DNA of 63,543 bases, counting the filler, from Cercozoa sp. M6MM (lineage: Eukaryota > Protista > Endomyxa: Ascetosporea), in the NCBI GenBank assembly GCA_040357565.1. It is 12 parts of 12 records of this genome, joined end to end, with 100 filler letters (N's around TTAATTAATTAA, not from the genome) between each part and the next. Parts side by side here need not be neighbours in the genome. Positions count along the whole stretch, not along the records: positions 31,403 to 38,127 come from JBDODJ010000701.1; positions 38,228 to 39,772 come from JBDODJ010002001.1; positions 39,873 to 44,633 come from JBDODJ010001057.1; positions 44,734 to 45,902 come from JBDODJ010002137.1; positions 46,003 to 49,807 come from JBDODJ010001305.1; 7 more parts are not named here. One strand, written 5' to 3'. The notes below the pieces were generated by a model that had not been told where the DNA came from, ran no database searches, and was given only the letters and a program-made list of their open reading frames with translations. The translations under genes and the position numbers were made by a program. Below are positions 37,374 through 49,281 of the stretch, in pieces. How positions within the stretch are numbered: position 1 is the first letter of the stretch; every line of letters begins with the position of its first letter.

Positions 37374-38017
37374 ATGAGCGAGCCCGAGCAGCCGACGGCC
37401 GTGCTGGTCGAGAAGACGCCGGAAGAGCTTGCGAAGGAAGCTGAGCGGTAAGTTGCTTTGCGTCAGGGAACCGAGAGACGGAAAAGCTTTGCGCGAGTTT
37501 TGCGTGAAATCGTGTGAAATCGTATGAAATCGCGTGAAGACACCACGCAATGTGCATTTCGCGTGCGCTTCGCCCGAAAATTTCGTTGCTTTGAGTCAAA
37601 ATAGCTTTGCTTTGAGTCGAAATAGCTTTGCTTTGGGTCGAAATAGCTTTGCTTTGAGTCGAAATGGCGTTGCTTTGAGTCGAAATGGGATTGCTTTGAG
37701 TCGAAATGGGATTGCATGTGTGCAGCAAGGCGCGCAAGGAGGCGAAGAAGGCGGCCAAGGCGGCGAAAGCGGCGGCCAAGGCGGCCAAGAAGAGCAGCCA
37801 AGGCCAGGGCAAGAAGGGCAAGGGTACCACAGGCGGTAAGGGCAAGGCTCAGGCGCAAGGTAAGAAGACCAAGCTCGGCATGTCGGCCAGTAAGACGGCG
37901 GCCGAGTTCCCCGAGTGGTACGATCAGGTGATCCGCTACTCGGAGATGCTGTCCTACTACACCGAGGTCTCGGGCTGCTACGTGCTGCGTCCCAACGCGC
38001 TCTTCGTGTGGAACCAG
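37374..38017 (+). CDS. Cytosolic prolyl-tRNA synthetase, 5' part with Lys/Ala-rich N-terminal extension
   Basis: KTKLGMSASKTAAEFPEWYDQVIRYSEMLSYYTEVSGCYVLRPNALFVWNQ is the eukaryote/archaeal-type ProRS N-terminal motif. Confidence 0.93.
37586..37714. repeat. Intronic 21-bp minisatellite (TTGCTTTGAGTCGAAATAGCT), about 6 copies
   Basis: Directly visible in the first coding intron of the ProRS gene. Confidence 0.9.
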
Positions 38018-38127
38018 GTGCTTTGCCCCTACCTACCCCCCTACCCCCCCCTTCCCCACCCCCCCCCCCCACCGCCTCAACCGGTGACCCGGGCGGGGGG
38101 GGGAGGGGGGGGGGGCGGGTGGGGCGG

Positions 38128-38227
38128 NNNNNNNNNNNNNNNNNNNNNNNNNNNNNNNNNNNNNNNNNNNNTTAATTAATTAANNNNNNNNNNNNNNNNN
38201 NNNNNNNNNNNNNNNNNNNNNNNNNNN
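38128..38227. other. Artificial scaffold spacer
   Basis: 44N-TTAATTAATTAA-44N. Confidence 0.99.
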
Positions 38228-39716
38228 CCCGACCTGCTGCTGCTGCTGAGTGATCGTCCGAGTGATCAAACCGTCGATCAGAGTGATCACCCGAGTGATC
38301 ACCCGAGTGATCAAACCGATCAGAGTGATCGCCCTAGGGATGGGACGGTGAGGCACGGTGACACCGAAACCGGCGTGAAACTGGCGCTCAGTTGCGCCGA
38401 CGACGCGCACTTCGCGCTGCTGTTCCGACTGCTCCGCGCGGACCACGTGCGCGCGGACGTGTGGCGACTGCTGCTGTAGTTTTGCCTCCCCTTTACCCCC
38501 CTTCTTGTCCCCCCTTGCCCCCCTCTTGTCCCCCCTTTACCCCCTTACCCCCCTTGCCCCCTCCCGCCCTTTGCTTTGCCCTCCCTTTTGCTTCTTCTCT
38601 CGCACCTCCTTTATTTCCCTGCTTACCCCCCTGTTTACCCCCCCTTTTACCCCCTGTTTACCCCCCTATTAACCCCCCTGTAAACCCAGGGAGCTGCCGC
38701 CGAGCGTGGCGCTGCTGCGGCGACTGAAACACGCGCCTCTGACGCTACTGGACGCGAGTGATCTCGAGCACCGTCTGGCTCAGGTACTTTGTGCTGTCCA
38801 CATGGACTGTCCACATGGACTGTCCACATGGACCGTCCCGATCTGTACTTTGTACCGTCCATATGGACTGGTCCCTGTGTACCTGGAATGTCCAGGTGCA
38901 CTACGTGCTGCTGCTGCTGCGAGTGCTGCGACAACGCGCGCTGCTGGCGCGACCCGACGCTCTCATCATTCGCACCGACTCTGGTAGCCTCCACGTGGTC
39001 ACCCAGTGGTCACTTCCACGTGGTCACCCATCACTACCACGTGGTCACTCAGTGGTCACCTGACTGACCATGTGTGTGTGTATCAGTCAAGTTCAAGGCT
39101 GCCGCCGGACGCAGGCGACGCGGCCTGCTGCACAAGGACCGGCAGTTTGCGTGAGTTTACCCCCGTTTACCCCCCTGTTTACCCCCCTGTTTACCCCCCT
39201 GTTAGCCCCCCTGTTTACCCCCCTGTTTACCCCCCTGTTTACCCCCCTCTCACCCCCTGTTTACCCCCCTGTTTACCCCCCCGGGCAGAACGGCAAGGCC
39301 GGAGATACGCGAGATCGAGTCGCAGTGGCAGCAGCCGTGGACACGTGGCAGTGCGGCTGATACCGATGATACAGACGGTGCGATCGACCAGGTGCTGCAG
39401 TCGGCGGACGGTGTGAGGACGGTGACGCGACTGCTGTCGGCCCTGGCGGCGCTGTGTCCGGCCAGTGCGGACTACGCGCACTACGTGCCCGTGCTGTCCG
39501 CTCTGTGCGCACTGCTGCGGTACCCCTCTCTCAGTGACCACGTGGGTGACCACGTGGGTGACTGAGTGACCATCTGAGTGACCACTGAGTGTGAGTGTAG
39601 CCACCTGCCAGAGACACGTGTGCCCACCAGTGCCTACACCGACCTGATGCACTGCGTGCCGCGACTGCTGCACTGTCGCGACGCCTCCTCGGCCGCGCAG
39701 AGGACCGCGCTGGATG
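38228..39716 (+). CDS. Internal fragment of a large helical-repeat protein; unknown
   Basis: Leu-rich exons (HFALLFRLLRADHVRADVWRLLL|ELPPSVALLRRLK..., HLPETRVPTSAYTDLMHCVPRLL) separated by minisatellite introns. Confidence 0.55.
39156..39281. repeat. Intronic 12-bp minisatellite (GTTTACCCCCCT)n
   Basis: About 10 copies here; the same unit occurs at about 38620-38685, 39720-39772, 47430-47456 and 52040-52146. Confidence 0.92.
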
Positions 39717-39772
39717 TACACCCCCTTTACCCCCCTGTTTACCCCCCTGTTTACCCCCCTGTTTACCCCCCT

Positions 39773-39872
39773 NNNNNNNNNNNNNNNNNNNNNNNNNNNN
39801 NNNNNNNNNNNNNNNNTTAATTAATTAANNNNNNNNNNNNNNNNNNNNNNNNNNNNNNNNNNNNNNNNNNNN
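39773..39872. other. Artificial scaffold spacer
   Basis: 44N-TTAATTAATTAA-44N. Confidence 0.99.
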
Positions 39873-39935
39873 GCGTGACATGTATTTTGGCCCCCTTTAC
39901 CCTTACCCCCTTTACCCCTTTACCCCCCCTCCCAG

Positions 39936-41280
39936 GCTGCTGCCGTGTCTGGTGCAGCGCACGCGAATTCCGCGTTTCGCCGAAGTGATCGCTTCGCTCG
40001 TCTACATTCAGCACAACCGCAATCTGGTCTTTGCCCTCCTACCCCCTGTTTACTTCCTACCCTTACCCCTACTCTCTGATACCCCCCTGAGGTGAGTACG
40101 CAGAGAGCAGCCCTGCAGAACGGTTCGATCGATGTCTACATTCGACCCGAGTTGGTACCACACGTGGCCTCCCACACAGTCACCCAGCCACTACTGAGTC
40201 ACCAGTCACCCAGTCACCCAGTCACCCAGTCAGTCAGTCAGTGTGACACGTGTGTCATGTGTGCACGTGTGTGACTCAGGGCGACTCGAAACTCCTCGAT
40301 TATCACAAACTCGACGAAATTGCCGCCCTGGGCTACCGGTGGGTTTTTTTCCCCCCCCCCCCCCCCCCCCGCACCCTACCCTACCCCCTACCCTCCTATA
40401 CCCTTTCGGCAGGTTCGCGCGGGCGCAGCTGACGCGCTGGCAGGTGGCGCAGGCCGGCAGCGACTTTGCGTGGATGCAGCCTCGGTAGCTTCGACTTGTG
40501 GCCTGCCTGTCCGCGCGGATGTCTGTGTGACTGGTCTGTACAGGTCGCGACGTGTCCGCGCGGATGCCGACGACGACGATGTATGCACACTGCAGTCACT
40601 CTTTACCACCCCCTTTACTCCTTTACCCTCCCTAACCTCCTTATCCCTGCCGGTAATGTAGGACGTATTTTTTGCCACGGACGATGACGTGTTGTACGCT
40701 GCTGCTGTTTTGCATTTGTTCAGGGGCCACTGTGTCTTGTTAAGGGGCTGCTGTGTTTTGTTAAGAGGTCTAACTTTGTTAAGGGATATTATGTAGGGAG
40801 GGCGACATGGACGAGTCCGAGTGGCAGGAGTATGCCGCTGCGCTGCGCCGCCGCATGCGCTCTGAGTCCAAGCGGTTGCCTTGTTTTNNNNNNNNNNNNN
40901 NNNNNNNNNNNNNNNNNNNNNNNNNNNNNNNNNNNNNNNNNNNNNNNNNNNNNNNNNNNNNNNNNNNNNNNNNNNNNNNNNNNNNNNGCATGCGCTCTGA
41001 GTCCAAGCGGTTGCCTTGTTTTCCCCCCCCCCCCCCACCCCCTTGTTTACCCCCTATCCCCCACCCCCAGGTCATCGCTGCGCGCGCGTGCTGTGAACTT
41101 TGGCCGCCGCGTCGGTCGGCGTCTGCGTTGGCGTAGTGCTGCTTTGTGTCTGTCTTTGCCCGTGCCCCCCTTACCCGCTTACCCCCCTGGTAGGACGTGC
41201 GGCCAGTCACACCGATCTGGCACGTGTTGATACGGTAGCACACACTCTGCCCCCCCCCACACACACACACAGCATGCATG

Positions 41281-41325
<45 letters not shown>

Positions 41326-41388
41326 CAGAAACTGAGTGCTGCTCGGTCATATGTCAACCTGCGCGAGCTGGGCGACGACTCCGACTGA
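39936..41388 (+). CDS. Patatin-like phospholipase of the NTE1/PNPLA6-7 type, 3' part
   Basis: RIPRFAEVIASLVYI...IDVYIRPEL|GDSKLLDYHKLDEIAALGYR resembles the NTE C-terminal YxRPPI...xFxKFDEIxxxGY segment. Confidence 0.72.
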
Positions 41389-42127
41389 CGTGACACGACA
41401 CACACGACACACATAATGAATACACGCACTGGCACACATACACGACTGGACTAATCGATCATGATCGATATGATAGTACTAGTTGAGGTACTAGTCGAGT
41501 GCACTGACACCGAACGACGAATTTTAAAACTGTAGGCGACTGGAATTGGATGGCGCCACCTTACGCTTAGCTGGAGGTCGACTACGGCCGTGCGAGGCGA
41601 GGGGAACTGCTCAGTTGGTTTCTCAGTAGACTAAACTGACTAATACAGTGAGCGAAGTCGTGATATCGAACGGATATTGTAAGTTAGGGTACTGTACAGT
41701 CGGGTCCTAGTACTTGCGGCGTAGTCAGTTCTTCTTCGGCCGCAGTAGAGTCGCTGCGCCTGTCATTGAAAGTCGGAGTGAGTGACTCACGTCACTGCGT
41801 ACATTATTATGTGTGTACGGGGAAGAAGTCTCGATCCAGTCCAACTGCCCAAGCTGTAAACGATACGAAGAGAGTCACGAGACCCCGAATTTCAAGTTCA
41901 AAAGCGGACGGTCGAAGTCACTCGAGCACACCCGGTGCCGTATGGCACTGCTGGCTGGCTACTGTAAGTCAAGTGTGTCGAATGGGCGTACTGTAGTTAC
42001 CTTAGAGAGCTAGGATATGGATTTTACAGCATCGTCTGTCAGAGCCCTACTGTAGGAGTCTGACAGCACATGCCCTACAGAGACTGCGCGACAGTGAACT
42101 AAACTAACATATCCACGTATACTCTAC

Positions 42128-43690
42128 TCATTGCACTGCGTATCGATACTGCGGCGTTTGGTGCGCCGACGTAGAGTCACTGCTGCTGCTGTTGCTGTAG
42201 CTGCTGATGTTGCTGCTGCAGATACCAGCCATCAAACCTGCCGCTGTGGTGCTCATGCTCCTCAAGTTCAGTCTTCTGCTCTGACTCGTAGTCAAACACG
42301 TGCTGGACAGAGAAATGGCGTCAAGCAAACAACGAATGATATTCTCGTAGCATATACATTGAAGGCGACAAAGCTCGCTGGCGAGACTAAGAAACACGAT
42401 ATTCTACGTAAAAGGAACAAAATGACAGATGGGAGAGGGAAGGGTACCACAGACTTCGCTGTTGTCGCTATGATTCGGTGTGACGTCTGCCAGGTTTGCT
42501 CGACACAAGTATCAGTTTGCAGGGCCAATATAAGAAGCACGGAGGCGGATCAGAGGTACCACGATGCCAGGGATCCGGACTCAAGGGATCGTGCACTGAC
42601 ACTGTAGGCGAGGCCGTGCAGGTCGGTGACGGTGCATGACTGCCCAACATATCGATACAAGACAATTCAGACAATGCAAGATACCGGGAAGAGGGGAGGT
42701 ACAGTGCACTGGCAGAGCGCGCCTTCTGGATGGCGGCAAGAGCCTTGGCGGTTGCCGTGCGAGCTTCGCCGTCTTGAACGTGCTGAAGTGCCAGCGACAG
42801 TGCGAGCACGTCACTTGTTGGATTCGCAGGCACCAGGTTGAGCGGCATTCGCGACACCGTCAGCATGCCCTGCATACACTCACCAGGACTACAATCGATA
42901 CTACCTGGCATGGGTAAGAAAGATACCGGAATGTCCAGTTCGTCGTGTATGAAGCGACAACGGGTCCCGTAAGGACACTCACCCTGCAGTGTCATACAAC
43001 AAATGCCACTTTCGTACCATTGCTTACATAAATTGCCTGTGGGTAGTTATTCTGCCTATGGTTAATTTAGGGTGGGTACCTTCTCGGCAAAGTTGCGACA
43101 GGCGCGCGTCTTGTACAGCGAGTGGCGCTGCACGGGTTGCAGCTCCTGGTAACCGTGCGCAAAGTGACAACGCTGTGCGTACGAGCACTTGCCGTCGCGT
43201 AGCCAGGCACTGCACAGCTCGGTCTTGTACAGCGCGTTCGCTGTGCACACCAACTCCGTGATACCAGTTTAGTTCAAGTTAAAACCCTGGAAAGCTGCCT
43301 CAGGGTTGCATTTCGGAAAAAGAGAGTTGCTACGGGCCTTGCGGCGAGGCCGCCTACGCCGGCGGCGTCGAGGAGTCGAAGACGGCAACGTAAATTTACA
43401 CAAGCACAGGCACAGCCCAGGGCGCAGTCAAAACAAGGCACTCAACCTCCTGCTGGCTTAGCTGCAAGACCAGTGGCGCGGTACTCTCACGGCCTTGTGC
43501 GACGCACGTGGTCACTGAACTGAACGGTGCAGGCAGCACTTGCGCGTTCGTCAATGGCACGTGGGCGAACAACTGGCCCAGGGATCAGCTTTCGCGCGCA
43601 AGACAGCTACCGCACACTGTGCCCAGCAAACGCACGCTACTGGGACACTTCGCGCGTGGCAAAAGAGGCCAGGCAAGCCCAGACATGATG
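42128..43690 (-). CDS. Tandem CCCH zinc-finger RNA-binding protein of the TTP/TIS11/ZFP36 family (start uncertain)
   Basis: LYKTELCSAWLRDGKCSYAQRCHFAHG...LYKTRACRNFAEK|GECPYGTRCRFIH: two C-x8-C-x5-C-x3-H fingers with YKTEL-type leaders. Confidence 0.9.
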
Positions 43691-43903
43691 TGCACGTGTG
43701 CGAGCAACCGCCAACAACTGATAACCCGATGACCACCTGCACGAGTCGGCCGCACAGCCACCCACACAGAATTCAGATTGATCCTTTTTGAAGAACAACA
43801 GCCTGCTGCTATCTCTCACCCTTTGCACTGCGTGCGTGATATCAGATCAGCAGAGCCCAGGCTGACTAAGATGGGTGATTGAGCATATTACTTCATGATC
43901 AAA

Positions 43904-44633
43904 ACTATCCCAAAACCGAAATCGTTTTGTTCGAGTTGTTGCGTGCATGCGTAAGTTCGGATTCTCCTGACAATGCGGTCAGCGCGCGCCTGTTCGGACT
44001 CTCGAACATTTCAGCAGCTCTCAGGAGAACTTCCAAAGGAACCGATCCAAGTCAGGATTGAACTGATCATTCCCGACTCATGAACCGGTTCGACATGGTA
44101 CCCGAGCAGGAACTCGCTGCTGATTCGTCCGAAGCTCGCCCTCAAGACACTGGCAGCGAGGTCGACAATGGATACGTGATCGTTGTTCCATCGGATGTGG
44201 TCAAGAAATCGAACTTCGTAGCAATCTGGCGCCTCATTTGGCCAATGTAAGTCCTGTCGATATATGTTGTCAACAGCAATACGTATGTGCCAGTTTGCGT
44301 CGTATGCTGTTGGAAGCATGGAGTCCCTCCGAGAACGTCTCCGTCACACACGGTCGCAAGCATGGACACTGCTGTCGTTGCTGTCGGCGTCGTCGGTGTG
44401 GGCTCGCTCGCTGCATCGCCTGGATCATGTGGTAAGAGAAGGAGTTAATTAGGAGTAAAGGGAAGTCCTCTGCTTTGCTTCGGTACAAGCCACCTCCGTG
44501 TAAATTTAGCTGCATGGTGGCATTCTACTGTGGCTACCTGTACGCCATTCACCACCCTCCAAAGGTCCCGCAGCAACCGCAGCAGCCGCAGCTTCGCGTG
44601 CACCGTGCTGGCGAGTGGTTCAAGTGACCCCCC
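43904..44633 (-). CDS. 3' part of an unknown protein
   Basis: Protein-like frame MLPTAYDANWHIRIAVDNIYRQDLHWPNEAPDCYEVRFLDHIRW...; exon structure not resolved. Confidence 0.4.
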
Positions 44634-44733
44634 NNNNNNNNNNNNNNNNNNNNNNNNNNNNNNNNNNNNNNNNNNNNTTAATTAATTAANNNNNNNNNNN
44701 NNNNNNNNNNNNNNNNNNNNNNNNNNNNNNNNN
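44634..44733. other. Artificial scaffold spacer
   Basis: 44N-TTAATTAATTAA-44N. Confidence 0.99.
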
Positions 44734-44769
44734 TGTGTGTGTGTTTCCAACTTAAAAATTAAACTAACT

Positions 44770-45708
44770 GCTACTGCGAATAGATGGACTACTCGATGAT
44801 ACTTGTGCTCCGCTTGAATACGTTGCGATACCAGCATGCACCGGCGCCACACTGGGATCCTTGGAGCATGCTCAAGGCTGACGTGTGTCGTGTTGCCATC
44901 ATCGATTATCTGTGGGTTGCTGGCGTGGTAAAACTGAGCTTATGCCATTGGACTGGGAACGTAACTGAGATCGTTTGTTCGCACACAGACTGAACACACT
45001 GCTTCGCCCTTCGTTCACGCAGCAGGAAGAGATCCGGTGGCTCCGATCCCGTATGCGAACCGACTGACGGAGTTCCTTCGCCAACTTGTGCGAGGTTGGT
45101 CACTCTAAATTTATAAATTTAGCCTTTCTTGTGTAGCGCCCGCGGGGGGGGGGGGCCCCCTCATGACGCTGGACGCCGGTTTACGAAATGACCCTGTAGA
45201 GTGGGACTTTAGCGTCCTGCAAGTATGAACTGACTGCGAAGACAAGAAATCGAAAACTGCCACTAAAGTGTGATCCAACTGAATTGAGGCTTCCGAAAAC
45301 TGAACGAATTAACGGAAAATTGGCCACGTGGATTGTTAATTTACACTGACTCAGATTATGCAGTCTGTTGGCGTACAAGGATTTGCTGCCGGGGGTCAGG
45401 ATCCGGAGGGGGTTGGCCATGAGCCATCCTCGAAAATCTGGGAAAGTGCCCCAGATCTCCTGGCAGTTGAGGATGGTCATGTCTTCGGCGTCGATGCCCA
45501 GCTCTCGGCTGAGCTGGACATTCTCTTGAACTTGCTCGGGCTTGGCCTCGCAGGCTTCAATGTTGAGGGAGTGTTGGTCTCGCAAGTGAGACCAACATTT
45601 CCAGCTCTCCCACACAAAGAAGGTCAGAAGCAATAGCCAGGTCACCGCGTGGACGATGCGGCTTCCCGTGAGGCGAGGTGTCACGCGCATCGTCGAGTGG
45701 TTGCCCAT
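44770..45708 (-). CDS. Small type II membrane-like protein of unknown function (3' exons uncertain)
   Basis: MGNHSTMRVTPRLTGSRIVHAVTWLLLLTFFVW (signal anchor) followed by a long open exon. Confidence 0.45.
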
Positions 45709-45902
45709 CTGTCAGTGTCAATGTCACGGCAGATGTCACGGGGGGTGAAGTCTTGCTCAACGCAGTATCCTTCAGGTGTTTATCACGCGGCCCGATTAGT
45801 AATCACAAGAGTGAAAACTTCAAACAAAACAACCACTCTCACTTTCTGTTGTCATTTCTTATTACGAATACTATTCGTAATACTATTCGTAATAGTATTA
45901 CG

Positions 45903-46002
45903 NNNNNNNNNNNNNNNNNNNNNNNNNNNNNNNNNNNNNNNNNNNNTTAATTAATTAANNNNNNNNNNNNNNNNNNNNNNNNNNNNNNNNNNNNNNNNNN
46001 NN
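45903..46002. other. Artificial scaffold spacer
   Basis: 44N-TTAATTAATTAA-44N. Confidence 0.99.
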
Positions 46003-49000
46003 CCCCCCCCCCCCGTGGGCAGTCGTGATCAAACAGGCCTTTGTGGCCAGTGAGCACGTGATCTTCCGCGCGTATGTGGCGACCGCGCTGTGCTTTGGAC
46101 AGAATGACCTGGCGTTGGTACTGTCTCCTCCCCTGGTGTAGCCCCCCCTTCACCCCTCTCCTCAGATTCGAAGGGCGTACGCGAGCGGTCTGGGTGCGGC
46201 GATACGTCGGCAGGAGCGCCTGGTGCAGGAGCGCATGCGGCAGTACCGTGAATGGCTACAGTCCGACCGGACGTGGTACGGGTCGGACGCGGGCGTGGAC
46301 TATTTCCGGACGGCGCTGGCGTCGATGCGCGACGTGACGGCACATGCCATGGTGGCCGAGAAGTTCGTGGCGCTGGTGCTGCGACACCAGGCGCAGCGAC
46401 ACGAGCCCGAGTACGCCGACGTCGACGTCGAGGACGTGCTGCAGTACTGGGTAGTGCACACACCCCCTACCTCCACCTACCCCTTTACCCCCTACCTTGG
46501 GCATGTGGTGTGCAGTCGGAAGTGATGGAGCGCGGCGCGCGACTGGCGCTGCCGAGCCGCGATGAGGAGCAGCAGGTGCGCGTTTCTTTGGGGGGGGGTA
46601 AAGGGGTAAGAGAGAGCTAAAGTGCGGATGGCGCAGGGCGAGTCGCTGCTGGAGCCGGCGAAACTGGCGACGAAAACGGTGGCTCTGTCGCGCCGCCTGA
46701 TTGCTGAGGGGTACGCATGCTGCATCAAAGTGGTCTATGTGTAGTAGTACTAAGGGGTCGATATGTGTGTGAAGTGTTGGGGGCTATATGGGATAAGTTA
46801 AGGGGCTAGTTAAGGCCAGTAATGGTTAAGAGTGCGTGTGTGTGCAGTGGCGTGGCTATCTTTGAGTTATCGTACCGCGACCACAGCTACGTCCAGACGC
46901 TGGTGCGCGACACGCGTCTGCACCTGGGCCACGTGCCCGGTCTGCTGCGCCTAATTGCGAGCTACCTGGTGCTGCCACAGTTTGGTCGGCCAGGTATTGC
47001 CACCCCTCCCTATATCCCGACCCCTACCCCTACCCTACCCTCACCCTGCCCTGATGCATTGTATCGATGTGTGTGCGCCAGCACCTTCAGACATCCGGTG
47101 GCACGAGCTGCTGGGTCAGTGCGCCGCCGCCTGCGGTCTGGAGAAACGCCGGCGGTGCAGTGAGAGTGGCGACTCGGACCGGACGGTGCAGGTGTGGGAC
47201 CTGCGCACGCGCTCGCTGCTGTCGACGGTGCCGGCCACGGCGACACTGCGAGAGATTCGGCACTCACTGTTTGTACCCTTCCCCCTACCCCCTGTATCCG
47301 CTCCTTCACCTGTCTGGGTAGACATTGTCGAAGAAGGAGGAGTTACTTGGCGACAGTGGCTTTGCGTTCGTGCATCTACACGAGGGTCGTCGTGGCACGG
47401 TACGGGAGTGTTTTACTTGCCTTCCCCCCTTGTTTACTCCCCTGTTTACCCCCTGCAGGAGTGCGTGACAGTGCCGTACAGCGCGGAGTCGGAGGTGTCG
47501 GCGGCAGCGAGCGCAGTGGAGGGACGGCTGCTGACGTGGTCGCTGGGACCGGAGCCGGGCTTTGACATCTGTCGCTCGGGCGGCCGCGTGCCGAGTGGGA
47601 GTGATGGTGACGCCGACGGTGACGCTGACGGTTCTTCGAGCGGCAACGACGATGGTGACTCCAGTGGTCACGACGGTGACGGTCACGGTGATGGTGACGG
47701 GAACAACGATGAAACTAACGACAACGACGGCGGCGACGATGGGAGCGACGAGTCCTTCCAGCCCGACGGCGGTGGCGACGGCGATGACGAGGTTACCTTT
47801 TCCCCAGTCCCTTCCTCTCCCCCGTACCCCCCCCCTCTCCGACAGGACGAAGAGGACTGGCCGCAACAGTGCGGACGTGACGGCTGCACGACGCTCGTGT
47901 TCTCGCGCTTCGATCGGCGACTGCACCTGGCGCAGAAACACGAGCGCTCGGCGCGACGCCGATGGCAGGTGCGTCTTCACCCCTACCCTCCCTACCACCA
48001 CCCACCCCACCCCCTGTTGTAGAAGTGCCGCGTGCTGCTGCATCTGCACGCAGAAGAACTAGAGAAACTTTACATGATGCGTGTGCCGCGTAGATGTACA
48101 CTTGGACTAACTGGACTATTATGTGTTAAGGGGACGTTGTATCCTGGGTGGTCTGTGCAGTGAACGGGTGCCAGCGCAACCAGTCGAAACCGATCCTGCG
48201 ACGTGCTGACGGGTAGTTTCTAGACCATACCTTTAATCCTCGTTCTTTGACCCCTCACCCTACCCCCCTGCTTGCAGCACGGCCAAAACGACGAAACTCT
48301 TCTCACCGAACTGCCGACTGGTGGAGGACGCTGAGGCTGCCAGTAAGCCTGGCGGCGAGTTCGATCCCAAGGCTAGCGACACCTGTGTATGGACCGGTAC
48401 GCTCAAGGCCTTCCGCGAGCGACGCGCGGCACGTAGCAGCCGGCGCACCGGTAAGCGTGGACAGCTGCGAGCTCGATCGGTGACTCAGGGTACAGTTTTT
48501 TTTCAATATTTACACGAAGCTAGGGCTTAGCCCGTTGTGCGTCAGTATGTGCACTCTTTTTGTGTGGTTTAGAGAAAGACAGGATAGTAAAGCGAAGGCG
48601 GCAGCATGTGGCGACGAGTCTGGGCGCTGGCACGGGTGCCGACATGTCACGTGTCAACTCTTTCATCCGGTCAATGCGCGGCTCGCTCGAGACCGACGTG
48701 GCACGCGCGCAAATGCTGCAGCAGGCGGCGTCGACGCCGGTACATAAGACATACCCACACATACATACACACAGACCCAGTATGGACTGTAGGTGCCCAC
48801 TGAGCACAGACACGAGACCGTCAGCGTGGCTGGCGCCACAGCAGCCCAATCGGCGTTGCAGTCATCCCACGCGCTGCTACGAGAACTGCTGGCTCCCGTG
48901 AGCTGCGATGTGCCGCTCGTGTCGTCTCGTAACACATTGCTTTGTGATTTTTGTTTTTTGCTTTTGGTTTTAACCATATCGCTCTGGTTTTGATGTGCAG

Positions 49001-49281
49001 CTGGCGTGCCGACGTTAGTGCGCAGCAGACAAAGCACTCCGACGCGTTTCTCGCCGCCTGTGCAGCAGGCACCTCGCGCTTTTCCGGTGGGCGATCTGCT
49101 GCGCTGGCATCTGGCCAGCACGTCGGTATTGTTTTGCCTGTCTGTTTTGTGGTTTGACCCTGTGGTTCGACTCGGTTTCCGTGTGTGTTAGACGAATGGA
49201 AACGACGAGGAGTGGCTCATGCCGCTGCCGCTACCGGACGAGGAGAACGATCCGTTTGCGCTGCTTAAGGGCTTGCAGTAA
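46003..49281 (+). CDS. Multi-exon protein of unknown function (helical region, WD-like segment, Asp/Gly acidic tract, C2H2-like finger); 5' truncated
   Basis: DSDRTVQVWDLRTRSLL, DGDADGDADG..., CGRDGCTTLVFSRFDRRLHLAQKH; last exon ...NDPFALLKGLQ* (TAA 49279-49281). Confidence 0.6.

Noticed and set aside
40854-41021. 34-bp direct repeat flanking the N gap (GCATGCGCTCTGAGTCCAAGCGGTTGCCTTGTTTT)
   Set aside because: Unmerged contig overlap around a scaffold gap, not a duplicated exon or target-site duplication.
41454-41469. 16-bp perfect palindrome ATCGATCATGATCGAT, and a 23-bp hairpin at 45860-45882
   Set aside because: Isolated and short, in a genome prone to palindromic micro-repeats, with no supporting context.
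41700-42013. Possible transposase remnant or small ORF between the patatin and CCCH genes
   Set aside because: No catalytic motif, terminal repeats or clear splice structure.
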